From Diplonema japonicum (Eukaryota; Protista; Euglenozoa: Diplonemea), in assembly GCA_964019335.1 (NCBI GenBank), contig OZ025746.1, positions 62,001 through 126,000 of the forward strand: DNA of 64,000 nt, in the 5' to 3' direction. Below, piece after piece: positions 33,601-46,805 of this stretch. Below the pieces are notes generated by a model. The model saw nothing but the letters and a program-made list of their open reading frames with translations, ran no database searches and had not been told where the DNA came from. Within the stretch, counting starts at the first letter, position 1; each line of letters begins with the position of its first letter. The position numbers and the translations under genes are program-made.

Positions 33601-36600
33601 GCTGCTTCACCAGCAGCTCGTCACGAATCGCTTCTTCATACCATATGTCGTTTACCAATCCGTCCTTCCCCTTCAGGTCAACCAGCCCACACGAGTACGA
33701 ACAAAGGTACATGTCCTTTACGGGTCTCGTCATGTTTGGTTTCATCAACCCGTTTTCAGGTACAAGTTCCGGGTTCCAAGGGAGCCCTGGGTGAGGCTGT
33801 TCCCGACACACACCGACGCATGTTTCATTTTGCAGCTCCATAAGGATCTTTTGCTGTTCGTTTGTGTCCCTTACGGACCAGACGTACTTCAGCAAACCCT
33901 CTGCTTCCTTGGTGTCCGTGATGGTTTTTGCGACCTTGGAGATGGAATTGGTATTGAGCGAGACCTGCAGCCCAAGCTTGCGCAGGTTTTTCAGTTCCGT
34001 CCTGTATTTGTCGTGCGGAAGCATTGCCTTTGGAACGCCAAAACCTTCCTTGGCAGTGCACCCGGGATCGACAAGCTCGAAAACGGGCTTGCAGGTACCT
34101 ACCTTGGTACGAACCCATGGGAGCTTCGTGAGGCCTTCAAAAACAGGACCTGTGGCGGTCTTGAGTATGTCGATAAGGAACCCATCGGCAGCAGTGTGAA
34201 AGGACTCATCTAGAGTCGTGTCCGAAAGAGAAGGTATGAGGTAAGACAGGATGAATTCGTCGTAAGGAATGCACGTGGCTCCAAGCTTGACGAGGAAGCT
34301 CGTACGGTTGTCGCGTGTTGTTATGTGATCTACCCCTGTCGTCACGCAGTAGAAGTCCTTTGTCAGCACCTCAGGGGGCACGTCAGGGTTCGCAACGAAG
34401 TGCTTGTCGTCGATTGCTATGCAGTCGTCCGATCCCGCCACGGGGAAAATTGGTAGCTGCTTGAAAACATCCTTTACAAGTTCTTCGATTGCAGGTTGGT
34501 TCTTGTTTTTAAAGCTTAGCTCCATGAAGTTGAGAAGACTCGTTTTGACACCTGGTTCGACCCCGTTGGTCACATTGGGCAGCTTGTCACCATGTGTCCT
34601 GTGCAGAGCTTTCGCAATGGATGAAAACGTGGTGACCTCGAGCAAATGTTTCACCTCCATGATGAAGGTCCTGTCTAGAGATTCGATTTCGAATGCGGTG
34701 AAGAAGCCTTCGATGCGGCTTTGCGACACGCGTGCCTTTTCATTGTAAGATACTAGTCTTGTGGTGGCTGGGATCAGTGGGAATGAACAGATTTCCCCTT
34801 CCCACTTCAATCCCTGTGCCGCGAAGTCTTTCCAGAAGACGTCCAGCCAACCCTTCGACGGAGCGGCAGGGTTGCGTCGATCGACGACCTGCATCCCGCT
34901 CAACTCAGGGAACATAACTGGGAACATTTCCTCGAAATCATTCTGGTCGTACCGTTTTACATTTGTGTGGGGTTCCAGAGCTTTCAAACGGTCATGGTCA
35001 TGGCTTGGGTTTCCGACCAGACCGGCCTTTGAAAAGTACACTGAATCTGCAAATCTATCCCTTAGAGGGGTAAATACATCGCGGGAGAAATTGATGTAGA
35101 TGGGAGTATCATCGCACGACCCGAACTTTGCAAACTCTCCGTTCAACAGTTTGAGCAAAGGAAGCCCCACAAGTTCGTCAAAAGTCTTGTCGTGCGTCCC
35201 AAGATCTTCTTGGCAGTATTTCAAAGCCGCGACCAGGAGACCCTCGTCTGTCACGCCTTCCAGAGATGTGCTGCGCAACAGTTTCCTAACCAAATTGTTG
35301 TCGATGCATTCGGTTACACCCATGGACTCCAGAAGCTCGGTGTTGATGTCGACCAAGTGGCAGTCGATGTCCAGAAGAAGCTGCTTTATCTTCGGAGGCG
35401 TCTTCTCGTTGGCGAAGACCGCTTCCTTTCGCGTGATCCACTTCCCATTGCTGTACAGCAAGGGGACCTTGTCGGACGCGTTGTAGAATGCCTCCATGAA
35501 GCCGCCCCATAGCTTCCCTTCGAGCTTTGCAGGGAGCAATGAGTAATATCTGTCCATTGGGAAGTCAGTGTCCGACTGAAGGTGTTGTATCAGACACAGT
35601 ACGGCGGGGACGCACGCGTGTTGGATCACAGCGAGGTTCCAGCTTGTTTTGTCGCCGGTTTTATGGTGGTCATCCGCCCATAGGTTTCGACGGTTTGACG
35701 ATAGCTCGAATGCACCATTTACATGGAAGGCGAGGTTTAAAGCTCCCGCGGTTGCCGGCAGCGGTAGCACTGAGAAAGCTTTCCCCTTCACCGGTGTGAA
35801 GATCTTGTTTCGTTTTCTCAGCAGAGCAGCCCCGGCCCACGGGACCAAACGCTGTCCTTCCTCCGCATCCAGCGCCATTTGCCTCGCCGCACCGCGACCG
35901 ATTACATTGCTGACCAGCCATTCATCGACAAACCTTTCCATGGACCCTCCTTTGAGTATCTCCCTTATTACCGTGCATTTCGTCAGCGCTTTCGGGAGAT
36001 TGTTGTCGACGGTGCTCGCAAGCCTTTTTTTGAAGTCGTCCTTGCTGTCGCTGACACCGGGCTCCCCGGCCACGAAGTTGTACAGTTTCAATTCTTGATC
36101 CCGACCGTGCGTGGTCTCCTTCTTCATAGAGAAGAGAAGCTGTTCAGTCCCGTCTTCTTCGCGAACGACGACCTTGATGGACCCGATGTGCTTCAAGAAG
36201 AGAAGAAGGTCCTCAGCAGTCGCACAGAAGGTGTGAAGCAGCTCTTCGACCTGTTCGATGGAGTACGATGTGCTTTTGATGGACGATGCAGCAGCGGTGT
36301 CCCCGGTGCGGAGAGGAAACCTGAACAAGGTTCCGTCGTAGGGCTTGTCGAGCCCGCACGATAAATGCCCTTTGAACGCGTAAGGCTTGAACTGGTCCTC
36401 GAAGATGGACCCGGTCACGGTCTTGGAGGGTATCTTGACACGAAACCCGGGAGCGTTCGCTTTCGTGAACTGTGTGAGGTACTTTCGATGTGGGTCCAGA
36501 AGAACAAGGTACTCCCCTGACACGAATGACGGGACATCTGTGAACTGATACACAGCGTTGAAGCCAAGCCCGAACTTGCCAGTCTTCGCAACGTCGTTGA

Positions 36601-39600
36601 TCTTGCTACCTTTTCCGATTTCGGAAAGGTTCGCGAAGTCCTTCTCCGTGAAGGGTTTGTTGTTGTACATGACAACGGCGGGGCCCTGCCATGCGGCCAT
36701 CTTGGGGTCTAGCAACCTTTCCCGGTTGTAGGAGGCTTTGTCGAGCATGACGACGAACTCTGTGGCGCCAGAGTCGTCTGCGTTCTGAACCACCTCGTTG
36801 ATGATGCCCACGTCGTCGACGTACTGGTCGAGAATGGATTTTATACGGTCGGTGATGCTTTCGGACTGGCCGTAGGCGTGGCCGTACTCTGCAAGATCGC
36901 CTTCGCACACCGTGGCACGCCTGCTTCCCACGCCGAGCTTATTCGCGATTTCCATCGACAGGTTCTCATGCACGATGAACAACCCTTCGTTGGGTATGAA
37001 CTGTTCCCACGGCATTTCGTTGAACAACAGCTCGTTCGGGGTGCGAAGCACGCCCGCCGAGTCCGGGACGTATATGTCGTGCTTCCTGAGATCCGGGACG
37101 CCAATCAAGACGGAGGTGACGGTTCGAAGCTCTTCCGAATTGAGCGGGTCCATCCCGTGCTTTTTTTTGAGCTGTTCCAAGCCCTTCGCGTACGATGCGG
37201 GTTTGAACTCATCTCGCATCCCGCATTCTTTGAATATCTCGGCGTATTTCTTAAACCGTCCCTCGAGTTGGTACAGCCCTGGCAGGCCGTGGATGGGTGC
37301 TTTGATTGCGACGCGTTCTGCGCTTACCATTCCATGCCCTTCGACCCATATGAAGTCCTTCTCCATCAACACCTCTCTCGCACCGTCTAATGATCCGGTT
37401 TTGGAATAGCGATCGTGGAGTGCAGAGTAGATCTCATCGACTGAACGACTCACCGCTGATTCATTGTCGGCGAGGCTGAGAAGCTGCTTCGCGAGAACAT
37501 CCGGAGGGACAACGCTGTTCCCCCATTTGAACAGGTCGTGGACCATAATATTGTCGACAGATATAGGGAGGACACCCATGTGGTAGCTGCACAACCAGAA
37601 GTCTTTGAGAAGACGGACTTCGGATGACTTCAAAAGCTGTCCCCGAGGCACGACGCATCCGGAGGAGTGCGTCTGGAGAGATGGGAACCACGCGATGTCG
37701 CCAAGCTGTTTGAAGAACTCATCCTCTTCTCGTGTAGACGATGTGAGCTTCTTCAACGCCCCGAAGAAGCCTCCCTTGTATCGATCACTGAAATCATCGA
37801 TGTTATCGTTCAAATATTTAAGCAGTTTCTCGGACTTGTCAAAGTTCGCCTCGCTCGCGTCTTGCAGGTCCGTGGCTAATTGTAGAACAGCGCTCCGATC
37901 TAGAGAGTTTCGAAGGCCCAATCCGGTGAGCTGCAATGCGACACCTTTAGAATACACCATCAAGGCTTCCAAGTCCAAAACGCGGGACAGCAACAGAAAC
38001 GGTGCGACACGGTGTGCTCTGGGGTCGAAGAGTCCCACAAGCGGTTTGTACACCGTGATGGGATCACTGTCATCACCGTCGCCTTTTAACAGAACCTGTG
38101 TGGGGAAAATCGGCATTGTTTGAACCAGGTTCCTCAAGGTGGGGTCTCGGTCGAGGTCGGAGTGGACAAGCTGCACAACAACCCTGAGAAAAGCTTCTTT
38201 GGAGTGTTTTTGAGCGAGGCCTTCGCACTTGTCCAAGAACTGGGTTTTCCAAACCTCCCCGGTAAGGGCAACAGGGACCCCTGCTTCGCATAGCACCGTG
38301 TGAAGGTCCTTATCAACACATATATAGTCTCCCGATATCATGTTGCAGATGGGTGTTTCAATGAACTTCTCGGGAAGGAGTTCAAAGCTGTTTTTAACAA
38401 CCCCAGGGGGAGAGGTCGGGGGTGAACCATAAGTTTTCCAAATTGGCAGGTCGGCGAGGAGCCCCACATCATCAGGGATGTGCTTCCTAACACCGCGCAG
38501 CCATGCAAGAAGAGTGTCGGAAAAATCAGGAACTAAAAAATCACGTTTGGCGTGCAAGGCACGGAGAACCCCACAAGGCGTGGCTCTAGACACATACAAG
38601 GGTACATCTAGATTAGTTAAGTGAATATTTGCGGCTGAAAAAATATGAAGCAGCGACTCAGGTAGACTTGTTGAGGACAGAAGGATAGGAACGCTGGACG
38701 ACAAAGGACACAAGAACCCTTCCCGGCATGGCAAAACACACCACGATTCGGGGTTCGGCAAAGTGGCGGGTACTGACAGTGTTTTGTCAAAGACACCCAC
38801 TGCGGACCAAAACTGATCTGCTTTTTCGACAACCTCTTGGGAGGGTTTCATGGGGGTCGGGCTGTCTTTACATTGAGCGAGGACTAACGGGAGGAAGTTA
38901 AAAACATCAGCAGCACTGTTCACGTGATAAACGTTGAGAAGCTTGCGAAATTCAGGAGATGAAAACCGGGATGCGAGTTGAGGGTACGTCTCTAACAAGT
39001 CCCAATCAACAACCATTGAAACCGCTTTTGTTCCCTTTACAAGATCGATGACAGCGATCTCGCTTGTGAACAAAACATGCGATTCGTTGTCAAAAGGAGC
39101 TACATTGCCAGAATACATTGTTGCAAACGGCACGCTTCTGACCAGCTTTGCCAAAGCCGAAGCCGGTTGGGGCACCGCTGAGCTCAGCTTTGACAAAACC
39201 CAACCGAGCACAATACACGCTGAACGAGGTCCCCACACACCCGGCAGTGTTAAATCACACGATGCTAGCCTCTCGCAAATATTCTCAACCGACAGAAGTT
39301 GGTCTTTTAGACCTAATGATGTGACAACTCGTTCGGGGGTTGTTCCGACTGTGATGCCGGCTTTTCTGATTGCCTCAATGACCTCGATGTCTTCGCCCTC
39401 CTCTGCATAAAGACATTCGTGTGGTTTCACCCATCCATGTGGCCCGCAATCGATACAAGGCAGCTTTTTTAATTCTTCAAAAATCACGTTGCTCAAAAGC
39501 TTCCACGGCATCCTCGTGTGTACAGTGGGGACGAGCTGGTAGAACATCTCCGGCGCGTGTTTCAAAACCCATGTTACACAGCTCAGGTATCCATGAGGGA

Positions 39601-40825
39601 TCGCATCGGTTAGAAGTGTTTCATTCCAGTTTGATTTGAACTTTGCCTCGCCGGACTCGTCGGTCCCCCAGCATATGTTGCCTCGGTTGGACGGGACTTC
39701 AAAATAACCGTTGCAGTGGAAGGGAAGCGATGTAGATTCCGGAAGCGGGAGAAAACAGTATGCTTTCCCCTCGTCAGGGTGGATGGGTGCGTCTAAACAC
39801 ACAGCGACGCCGCCCCATGGGAGAAGCTTCCGTTTGTAGATTTCCGCCAGTTCGTCGCACGACGCCCGGCAAGCTTTCCCTTCCTTGAAACCAGTCGATT
39901 GGCAAACCAACCATTTTTGTTCGGATTCTTTACCGTTTGTGTTGTGTTCGCATATTGTCAAGGCGAGCTGGCTAGAAACGGGTGTTTTCAGAAGCTTTGC
40001 GAGGCGTGCAACACGGTCCTTTTCGACGGGGAGCCGTTTTTGAAACGCCCGTTGCGCGAGGTCTGTTCCCGTAGCTCCTTCAAGGCACACTTTGTAGTCC
40101 AAAACAAGCCCTGTTCCAGTTGCGTACTTGCAGATTTCAACGGAGACCACAGATTTGAGGAAAAACAACGTTCTCGATGCTTCTTTTTTAAAGGAGGACA
40201 GAATTTCTTTCACACCGCTAGGCGTGCACGGTGTGGAACGTAGAGGGGAGGTTTCAGCGTGTTTCACAGTGCGGAGCGGCAGGCGGAACAGCGTACCGTT
40301 GAAAGCCTTCGCGGAGGCAGGGTCCCATCCCATGATGGTTAGAGGAGAGAAATGAGACGCGTGCTTCTTGAGGGTTTCCTTGCCTGAGTTTGTGGAAAAA
40401 TCTATGTGTTTCCCCCCTAATGGCGGGAGGTGTTTGCATGATGGGTCGAAGTAGCATATTGACGTTCCGGTCAGTAAAGAAGGCAGCTCCGACACGTGGT
40501 ACACGGAGTTGAACCCGATTCCAAATCTGCCTGTTTTTTGTAGATTGTCCTTCTTGCAGCTCCCGCCTACGTTTTGGATGCTCTCCAGGTCCTCTGGGGT
40601 AAACGTTTCATCGTTGTAGATATATAGAGCGGGGCCTCTGAACCCCTTGTCGTCCTCGGTACCCGTCTCCCCCCACTCCCTATCACAGTACACCACTTTT
40701 ACCTCCCTCGCCCCGGCGTCGTCTGCATTTTGAATCATCTCTTTTATAATGGAGTTCTCGGGGTAGTTATTCAGAATATCCTTCAGGGTGTTCACCAGAC
40801 TCGCCTTCTGACCGAACGCCGCCAT
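27673..40825 (-). CDS. SACS: Sacsin-like giant protein (~4300 aa) with HSP90-like SRR repeats and a C-terminal RING finger; 5 introns
   Basis: Start MAAFGQ at 40825. KEMIQNADDAGA/GRFGIGFNSVYH and NEVVQNADDSGA/GKFGLGFNAVY repeats, plus a degenerate third repeat. C-terminal CSIC...PCGHVLCQPC...CPMC. Introns at 30351-30389, 30163-30223, 30026-30081, 29882-29956 and 29740-29785 join the two long ORFs. Confidence 0.9.
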
Positions 40826-41550
40826 GATTCTTGTCTTTTTTTTCTTTTTTCTTTTTTTTTTTGCCGGCCCTCTCCCGCCCCCCTCTTTTTTTTTTTTGGT
40901 TCGGTTTTTTTTTTTTTTTTTTTTTTTGAAAAAAATATAGGATGGGGGGAGGGGGGGGGAAACGTAATTGTAGAAGAAAAGAAAAGTCTTATTTCCTCCA
41001 CGATGGCAGTTTAAAAAAAATGGGGAGGAGGGGGTAACATTGAGATACGAGAAATATGTACGCTGTTGCACTTTTTTTTTTCTTCTCCCCCCGCCCGGTC
41101 TTCTTTTCCTTTTTTTTGTTTTGTTTTTTTTCGGGGGGAAAACAAAACAAAAAAGTAACTACTAAAAGAAAGACGGAAGCGGGAGGGGGAGAAAAAAAAA
41201 TATAAAAAAAAAAAATCACGCGAAGAGAAGAGAGGAGGGGGAAAAAAAAACTTTTTTTTTTGTAACATGCAATGTGCTTTGTAAAAAGGAAAAAAAAAAA
41301 AAAGAAAAAGAGAGAAGAGCAGCCGGCCGTTTGTTTGAACACGCGTCGTGGGGGTAGAAACCCGAGAGAGAGAGCCTCTACAACCCCACGAAACAATCTT
41401 CCAACACACCCTATATTTAAAAAAACAAGTCAAAAAAGACTCATTTTCCTCGTAAAAAAACCCGGGTAGGAGGAAACCCCATACTGTACCAATTGAGGTG
41501 TTAACACTCCACGGGGGGGAAAGAAAAAAAAAAAAAAATTATCCCATCCC

Positions 41551-44500
41551 CTAAAATACAAACTGGTCGTATGTGACATCGCACGCCATCATACGGCTGT
41601 CAACAGGGAACGGAAGGGAAGGGGAAACATAGGCTGCCCCTCGGGCAGCGGACACGGCTTGGTTCACCGCCTTGCAAATCGATACCCCAAGGGCAACAGG
41701 AGGCTCAGCGGTCGCCTTTGTACCAAGAATACCATTAGGGTTTGTGGTACCCTTCATAAGCCCAGAGTTCCAAGCCTGCGGTATATCAGCAGCGCTGGGA
41801 ACATGGTATTCCCAAGTATTGTGTACGTCTTTGCGAAGACCTGAATCGTGGTCACGGTATAAATCTTCAGTAAGAGCATAGCCAAGGCCCATGAGGTACC
41901 CGCCCTCCAGCTGGCCGATGTCAATGAGAGGATTGATCGATCTCCCTGCATCGAGAAGCATGTCGCTTCTCAAAACAGACACCTCACCGGTAAGGACATC
42001 GAGCTCCACCTCGTGGACGACAGCGGAGTAAGACTGGTATTGATCTCCCTTCACCTTGGGGGGTTTGTTGTCGTCGTTCTCCTTTGCTTCCATTTTCACG
42101 CCCATTTTAGTGCCCTGTGCTACGATTTGCTGCCAGGTAGCACCTGCAGGAAGGGATTTCTTCACAGGAGCGAGGTGTTCGTTGATTTTCGCGCAGGAAT
42201 TCTGTGCGGCAAGGCAGCACAGTTCTGATGATGTTGAGTATCCTGTCAGGCTCGCGATGTCGCCTACAACGTTGGTGTCAGTCGGTTGCAAACGGATCAT
42301 CCCTTCGGGGCATCCGAGGGAGTACGCAACTACTTCTGCCACCTTTGTCGCAAGACCCTGTCCCATCTCAACACCAGATGTTGTGACTTGAACGGATCCG
42401 TCGGGTTTAACTGCAACCATTGTTTTGAAACCCCCTGCAAGAACGCCGAAAAGATGGATCCAATCCATTGCGTACTTAACCGGTGTCAAGGAGATGCCTC
42501 GTTTGATCCATTTGTTCTGGCTGTTCCACGTGTCGACTTGTTTCATACGGGCACCGAAGTCGGACGACTTTGAAAGCCTTTGAAGGATCGTTTTCATGTT
42601 TCCAAAGTACGTCAGCTTGTCGCCGTACGGTGTTTCATCGCCCGCGTTGTAGTAGTTCTTCCCGCGAACGGCGTCTTCTGTGAGGGAAGTGCCTGCGGCG
42701 ACCTCGCTAATAAACTGTTCCATGAAATGGATGCCTGGGATGAACCCGGGGCCACGTGCAGTTGTGTTTGCGGGGACTTGTGTCTTGACGAACTTTATGT
42801 TTACGTCCCAGTTCGGGATGTTGTAGCAGTTGTCGAACGCGGTCATGAGGCCCTTTGAACCGTTCGAAACTTCTGTGTTGGCGTTGCCCGCTTCCACGTA
42901 GTACGTTGCTTCAATGGCTTGAATGGTCCCGTCGATGTTGTACCCCACTTTGTAGTCACACCTCCACGGGCATCGCATCCCCATACTCTTCATGTTGTCG
43001 TCGATTTCGAGTACCGTCTTCGCTGGTGATCTGTACTTTTTCGCGATGACTGAGGTGAGTGCTGCTACTCTGTATGCATTGAAGGACTTGCCTCCGTAAG
43101 AACCTCCACATCTCAATGTTTCTACTGATATGTCTGCTGCTGTGAGTCCGCCGCACACTGTCTCAACCTGAGTTACAGCGTAGGATGGTGCTTGAGTTGC
43201 TGAGTACATCTTCAACCCGATACCGTCGGGTGTGTGCGTTGCCAAGCATGTTTGGGTCTCGAGATGGAAATGGTATTGCTCTTTCATTTTAAACTGCCCG
43301 GTTGTGACCTTGTCGCAAGCCTCGAAGGCTTTCTTAACATTCCCCCTTTCGATCCTTTGCGGCAGGACGTCGACGGCGGGGAAGAACGATTTGTTGGCGA
43401 TCGCCTCGTCCAGGTCAACAAGAGGCGGTTGTGTCGCACCCCATTGAACAACGACTGCCTTTGCGCATGCTGTGGCATGAGCAGCGGTATCACCTAGAAC
43501 AACGCATATTATCTGGTCGATGTACTCTGTTTTGTTGTTGAAGGCGAAGAGAGGGCCTTGCAGCAATCCTCTGTTGTCGACCTCATCCATGTCTGCTGAG
43601 GAGAACATCCCTTTCCAACCGGGCAACGCTTCCGCGGCGTCTGTCACGATTCCTGTGAACGTCCCGACCTGCGTCGCGAGGATGGGCGCAACGTGAAGCG
43701 TACCCACAGGCTCCGGTACATCCCCGCTGTACTTCGCCTCGCCGGCGCATTGTTTCAAAGCAGCGATCTTTGGTTCGGGTTTTGTGACAGGGTACATGCT
43801 AGGGTCCGTGTCGAACGTTTGGTTCGCGGTAACCGGCTGGCGTGTGAACCAAGACTGCGCCCCGGATTTCAACGAAGCCGGAAGCGACGGCTGCAACGCC
43901 AAAAAGTATTTGTACAAAAAATTTACGACAACCCGCGAGCGGAACGGAACACGACCCTCCTCCGGCGTTGGGATAGCTTCGTTCGTCAACGTTGCACACA
44001 GTGCCTTAAAAGCACCAAGATCCGTCACCACCATACCACGCATGGCACTTGACGTTAAAGACTGAACCTTAGGATGCACATCAATCCCTCCAAGCGCGAT
44101 AAGAACAGGTTGTGTCGTACTGACAGTGTTCCCGTTGAGCGTGCACTTCATCGAACCCACAGCGAAGGGGTGGGACAGAGCGTTACGAGCAGCGATACGG
44201 TACGACCTAAACACCTCGTTCGGCTTGGCGAAGGGGAGGGTGATCGACACAAGGTAGCTGTACGTCATATCCTTTGCGTAGAAGGAGTGGAAGTCCACGC
44301 TTACAATGTCATCCTTGTCAGGGTCTTGAATGTTGAGCACTGCACCATACCCGACAAGGACTGTGGTCACATCGGAGTAAGCGAAATTATCCCCGTTTGA
44401 CTGGTGGAGATGGGTCAACATGATGTTCCCGCCGATTGACGCCACGTTGCGAATGGAAGCAGCGGCGACCTTCAGGTAGTGGTCGTGGATCTGCTGGAGG

Positions 44501-45426
44501 TGTGCCGCATCTGGTCCGGTTTGCGAGGCGAGGTATTCTAAGACGGACTTGATGGTCGCTCCGGACCCTATCTCGTACCCGTTTGAGGTTTTTGCGATGG
44601 TTTTCAAGGTTGGAATGCCTTCTATGTTCAACATGACGTCCGGCTGCCTGTCCTTCCAGATCCCTTGCGAGGTTCTCCCGCACACAAGCATGAGGTCTTT
44701 TGGAGGAGGTGTTTGCTTTGAATAATTCTCCAGCATTGTTTTCAACTGTGCTTCCGTAGTAATGTCTGTCCACTGCGCGGTTGAGTCCTCGACTGCCATA
44801 GGTGTCGGCATGCGCGGGGTGCTCGGGACGGTGAGGTGCGACATTTCCGCATTTTCACCATTCTCCGCGAATTTCTGATCGGCTTGGATGATCGGACGGA
44901 AACCGGTGCAACGGCATATGTTACCTCGCAGGGCTTCTTCGATTTCCTGTTTGCTGGGTGTTTTTCCTTTTTTTTCCTGAAGGAGGCCGTACATCGACAT
45001 TGTGAATCCGGGGGAGCAAAACCCGCATTGCGACCCGCCTTCTGCAGCGCAACCAGTTTGAATGGGGTGGTAACCCTTGGTGGAGTTACCGATCCCCTCG
45101 GTTGTTGTGAAGGCCATCCCGTTGCAGGACAGAAGAGGGCGGAGGCAGGAGTTTACCGCGTGTGTTTCGCCTGTTGCTTTTGTCATGACCACGATGCACG
45201 AGCCACAGCCTCCTTCTCCGCAGCTCCTTTTCGTACCGGTCAGGCCTGTCTTTGTTCTGATGAACTCGTTAAGAGTGCTCATGGTCCCCAATTGGGCATC
45301 CTTGTCGATGTCGGCGGTGTACTGCTGCCCGTTGATGCTGAGCTTCACCACCGAATCGCCGGACCCCCGGCTCACCCTCTGGTACGTCTCACCGTTCAGT
45401 ACCACTAGCTTGCTGTTTGAATTTTG

Positions 45427-45429
<3 letters not shown>
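41551..45429 (-). CDS. Molybdo-flavoenzyme of the xanthine dehydrogenase/aldehyde oxidase family (aldehyde oxidase-like)
   Basis: 2Fe-2S motifs GTKRSCGEGGCGSC, QCGFCSPG and GNICRCTG; FAD domain IRNVASIGGN; Moco domain QYHFHLETQ, GGSYGGK, GVEMGQGL, DIGQLEGG and KATAEPP. Confidence 0.93.
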
Positions 45430-45459
<30 letters not shown>

Positions 45460-45968
45460 CCCCTTCCCGCGCTCCTTTTTTTTTTCTTTTTGCTTGTGGT
45501 CGGATTTTTTTTTTTTCTATGCTCTCTACTCCCTCCACACCCCTTCTGATCCTTGGAGCGAGCAACCCCGAGGGGCACTAGTAATTGGGAAAGGCTCTAT
45601 TGGTGTGGTGTGCCTCGGGTTCTTGTACGAGGCTAAAAACCAGTGCAGCCTCGAGATCCACCTCAACACGTGCAAGAAAGAGGAAATTCCAACGAAATAT
45701 ATATATAATATTTCTTTAGCAAAGTGCAGGATTTTGAATCATTACATTAACGCAACACACAAACCATCTCAGGGAGTTCCCTTAAAAGAAAAGAAAAAAA
45801 GTACAAGAAAAAAACTCTGGGAAAGCACAAAAAAAGAGAAAGAAAAAAAAATCGATAAAAAAAAAAAAAAAAGAAGGAAAAAAAAATAAAAGCAGGAAAA
45901 TCCTCACTTTTTTTTCCCCTCCCTTCGTTTTTTTTTTTTTTTTTTTTTTTCTTGAGTGGAAACAAAAC

Positions 45969-46008
<40 letters not shown>

Positions 46009-46029
46009 ACTATTCTTTTCTATTCTCTC

Positions 46030-46451
46030 CTATTTTTTGTCGAACGAGCCCTTTTTCGCCAGGCCGTCGAGTGACCGCAGAATTTCGTCTTTGTTTGTTT
46101 CGAGCACCATGCCGCCCATGATTATCTCATCGAGAATAAAATGAGCGCGGTCGGAGTGGAAGATCAAGTCAAGTTCACACACATCTTCGAAACACCTGTC
46201 AAGTGTCTCGACAAAAATTTGGATAAGGTCCAGGATGGCTAGTTCCGACTCACAGTCATCAATTACAAACTGTTTTTTTTCTTCTTTTTTTTGTTCCTTC
46301 TCCTGAAACCCACATACCACAAAATACAGGGTGGCGTAATGCCTGTAAATATATCTTGCCGGGTTCGGCCACATTTTGGCCCCATCCGCAAAATTGCACA
46401 CATCATCAGACCTTTTGCTCACTGTGCGAAACACCTCTTGCACCAATTGCT

Positions 46452-46489
<38 letters not shown>

Positions 46490-46585
46490 TGTAAATACCT
46501 GCTGTGTGTCATAGCTAATTTTGTCGTAAAACTTCAACAGCCTCGCCTTCCCGTGGTTGTTCACAATCATCACCGCGTGTATCAT
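46030..46585 (-). CDS. AP3S: AP-3 complex sigma subunit; 2 introns
   Basis: MIHAVMIVNNHGKARLLKFY; IYRHYATLYF; ESELAILDLIQIFVETLDRCFEDVCELDLIFH; EIIMGGMVLETN. Introns at 46450-46498 and 46270-46317. Confidence 0.93.
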
Positions 46586-46805
46586 CTTGTTTTTATTTTA
46601 ATTTTTTTTTTTTTTTTCCTTTCTCCTTGTGGTGGGCGGACCCTCTCTTCCCCCTTTGTTGTTGTTGTTAATTTCTTTTAAAAATAATCCAGAAAAAAAA
46701 AAAAAAAAAAAAAAAAAACCCATCCCATCCTTTCATTTGTGGATCACCACCAAATAAGGAAACGGAAAACAAAAAAAAAAAAAAAAAAAAAAAGAAAAAA
46801 AACAC

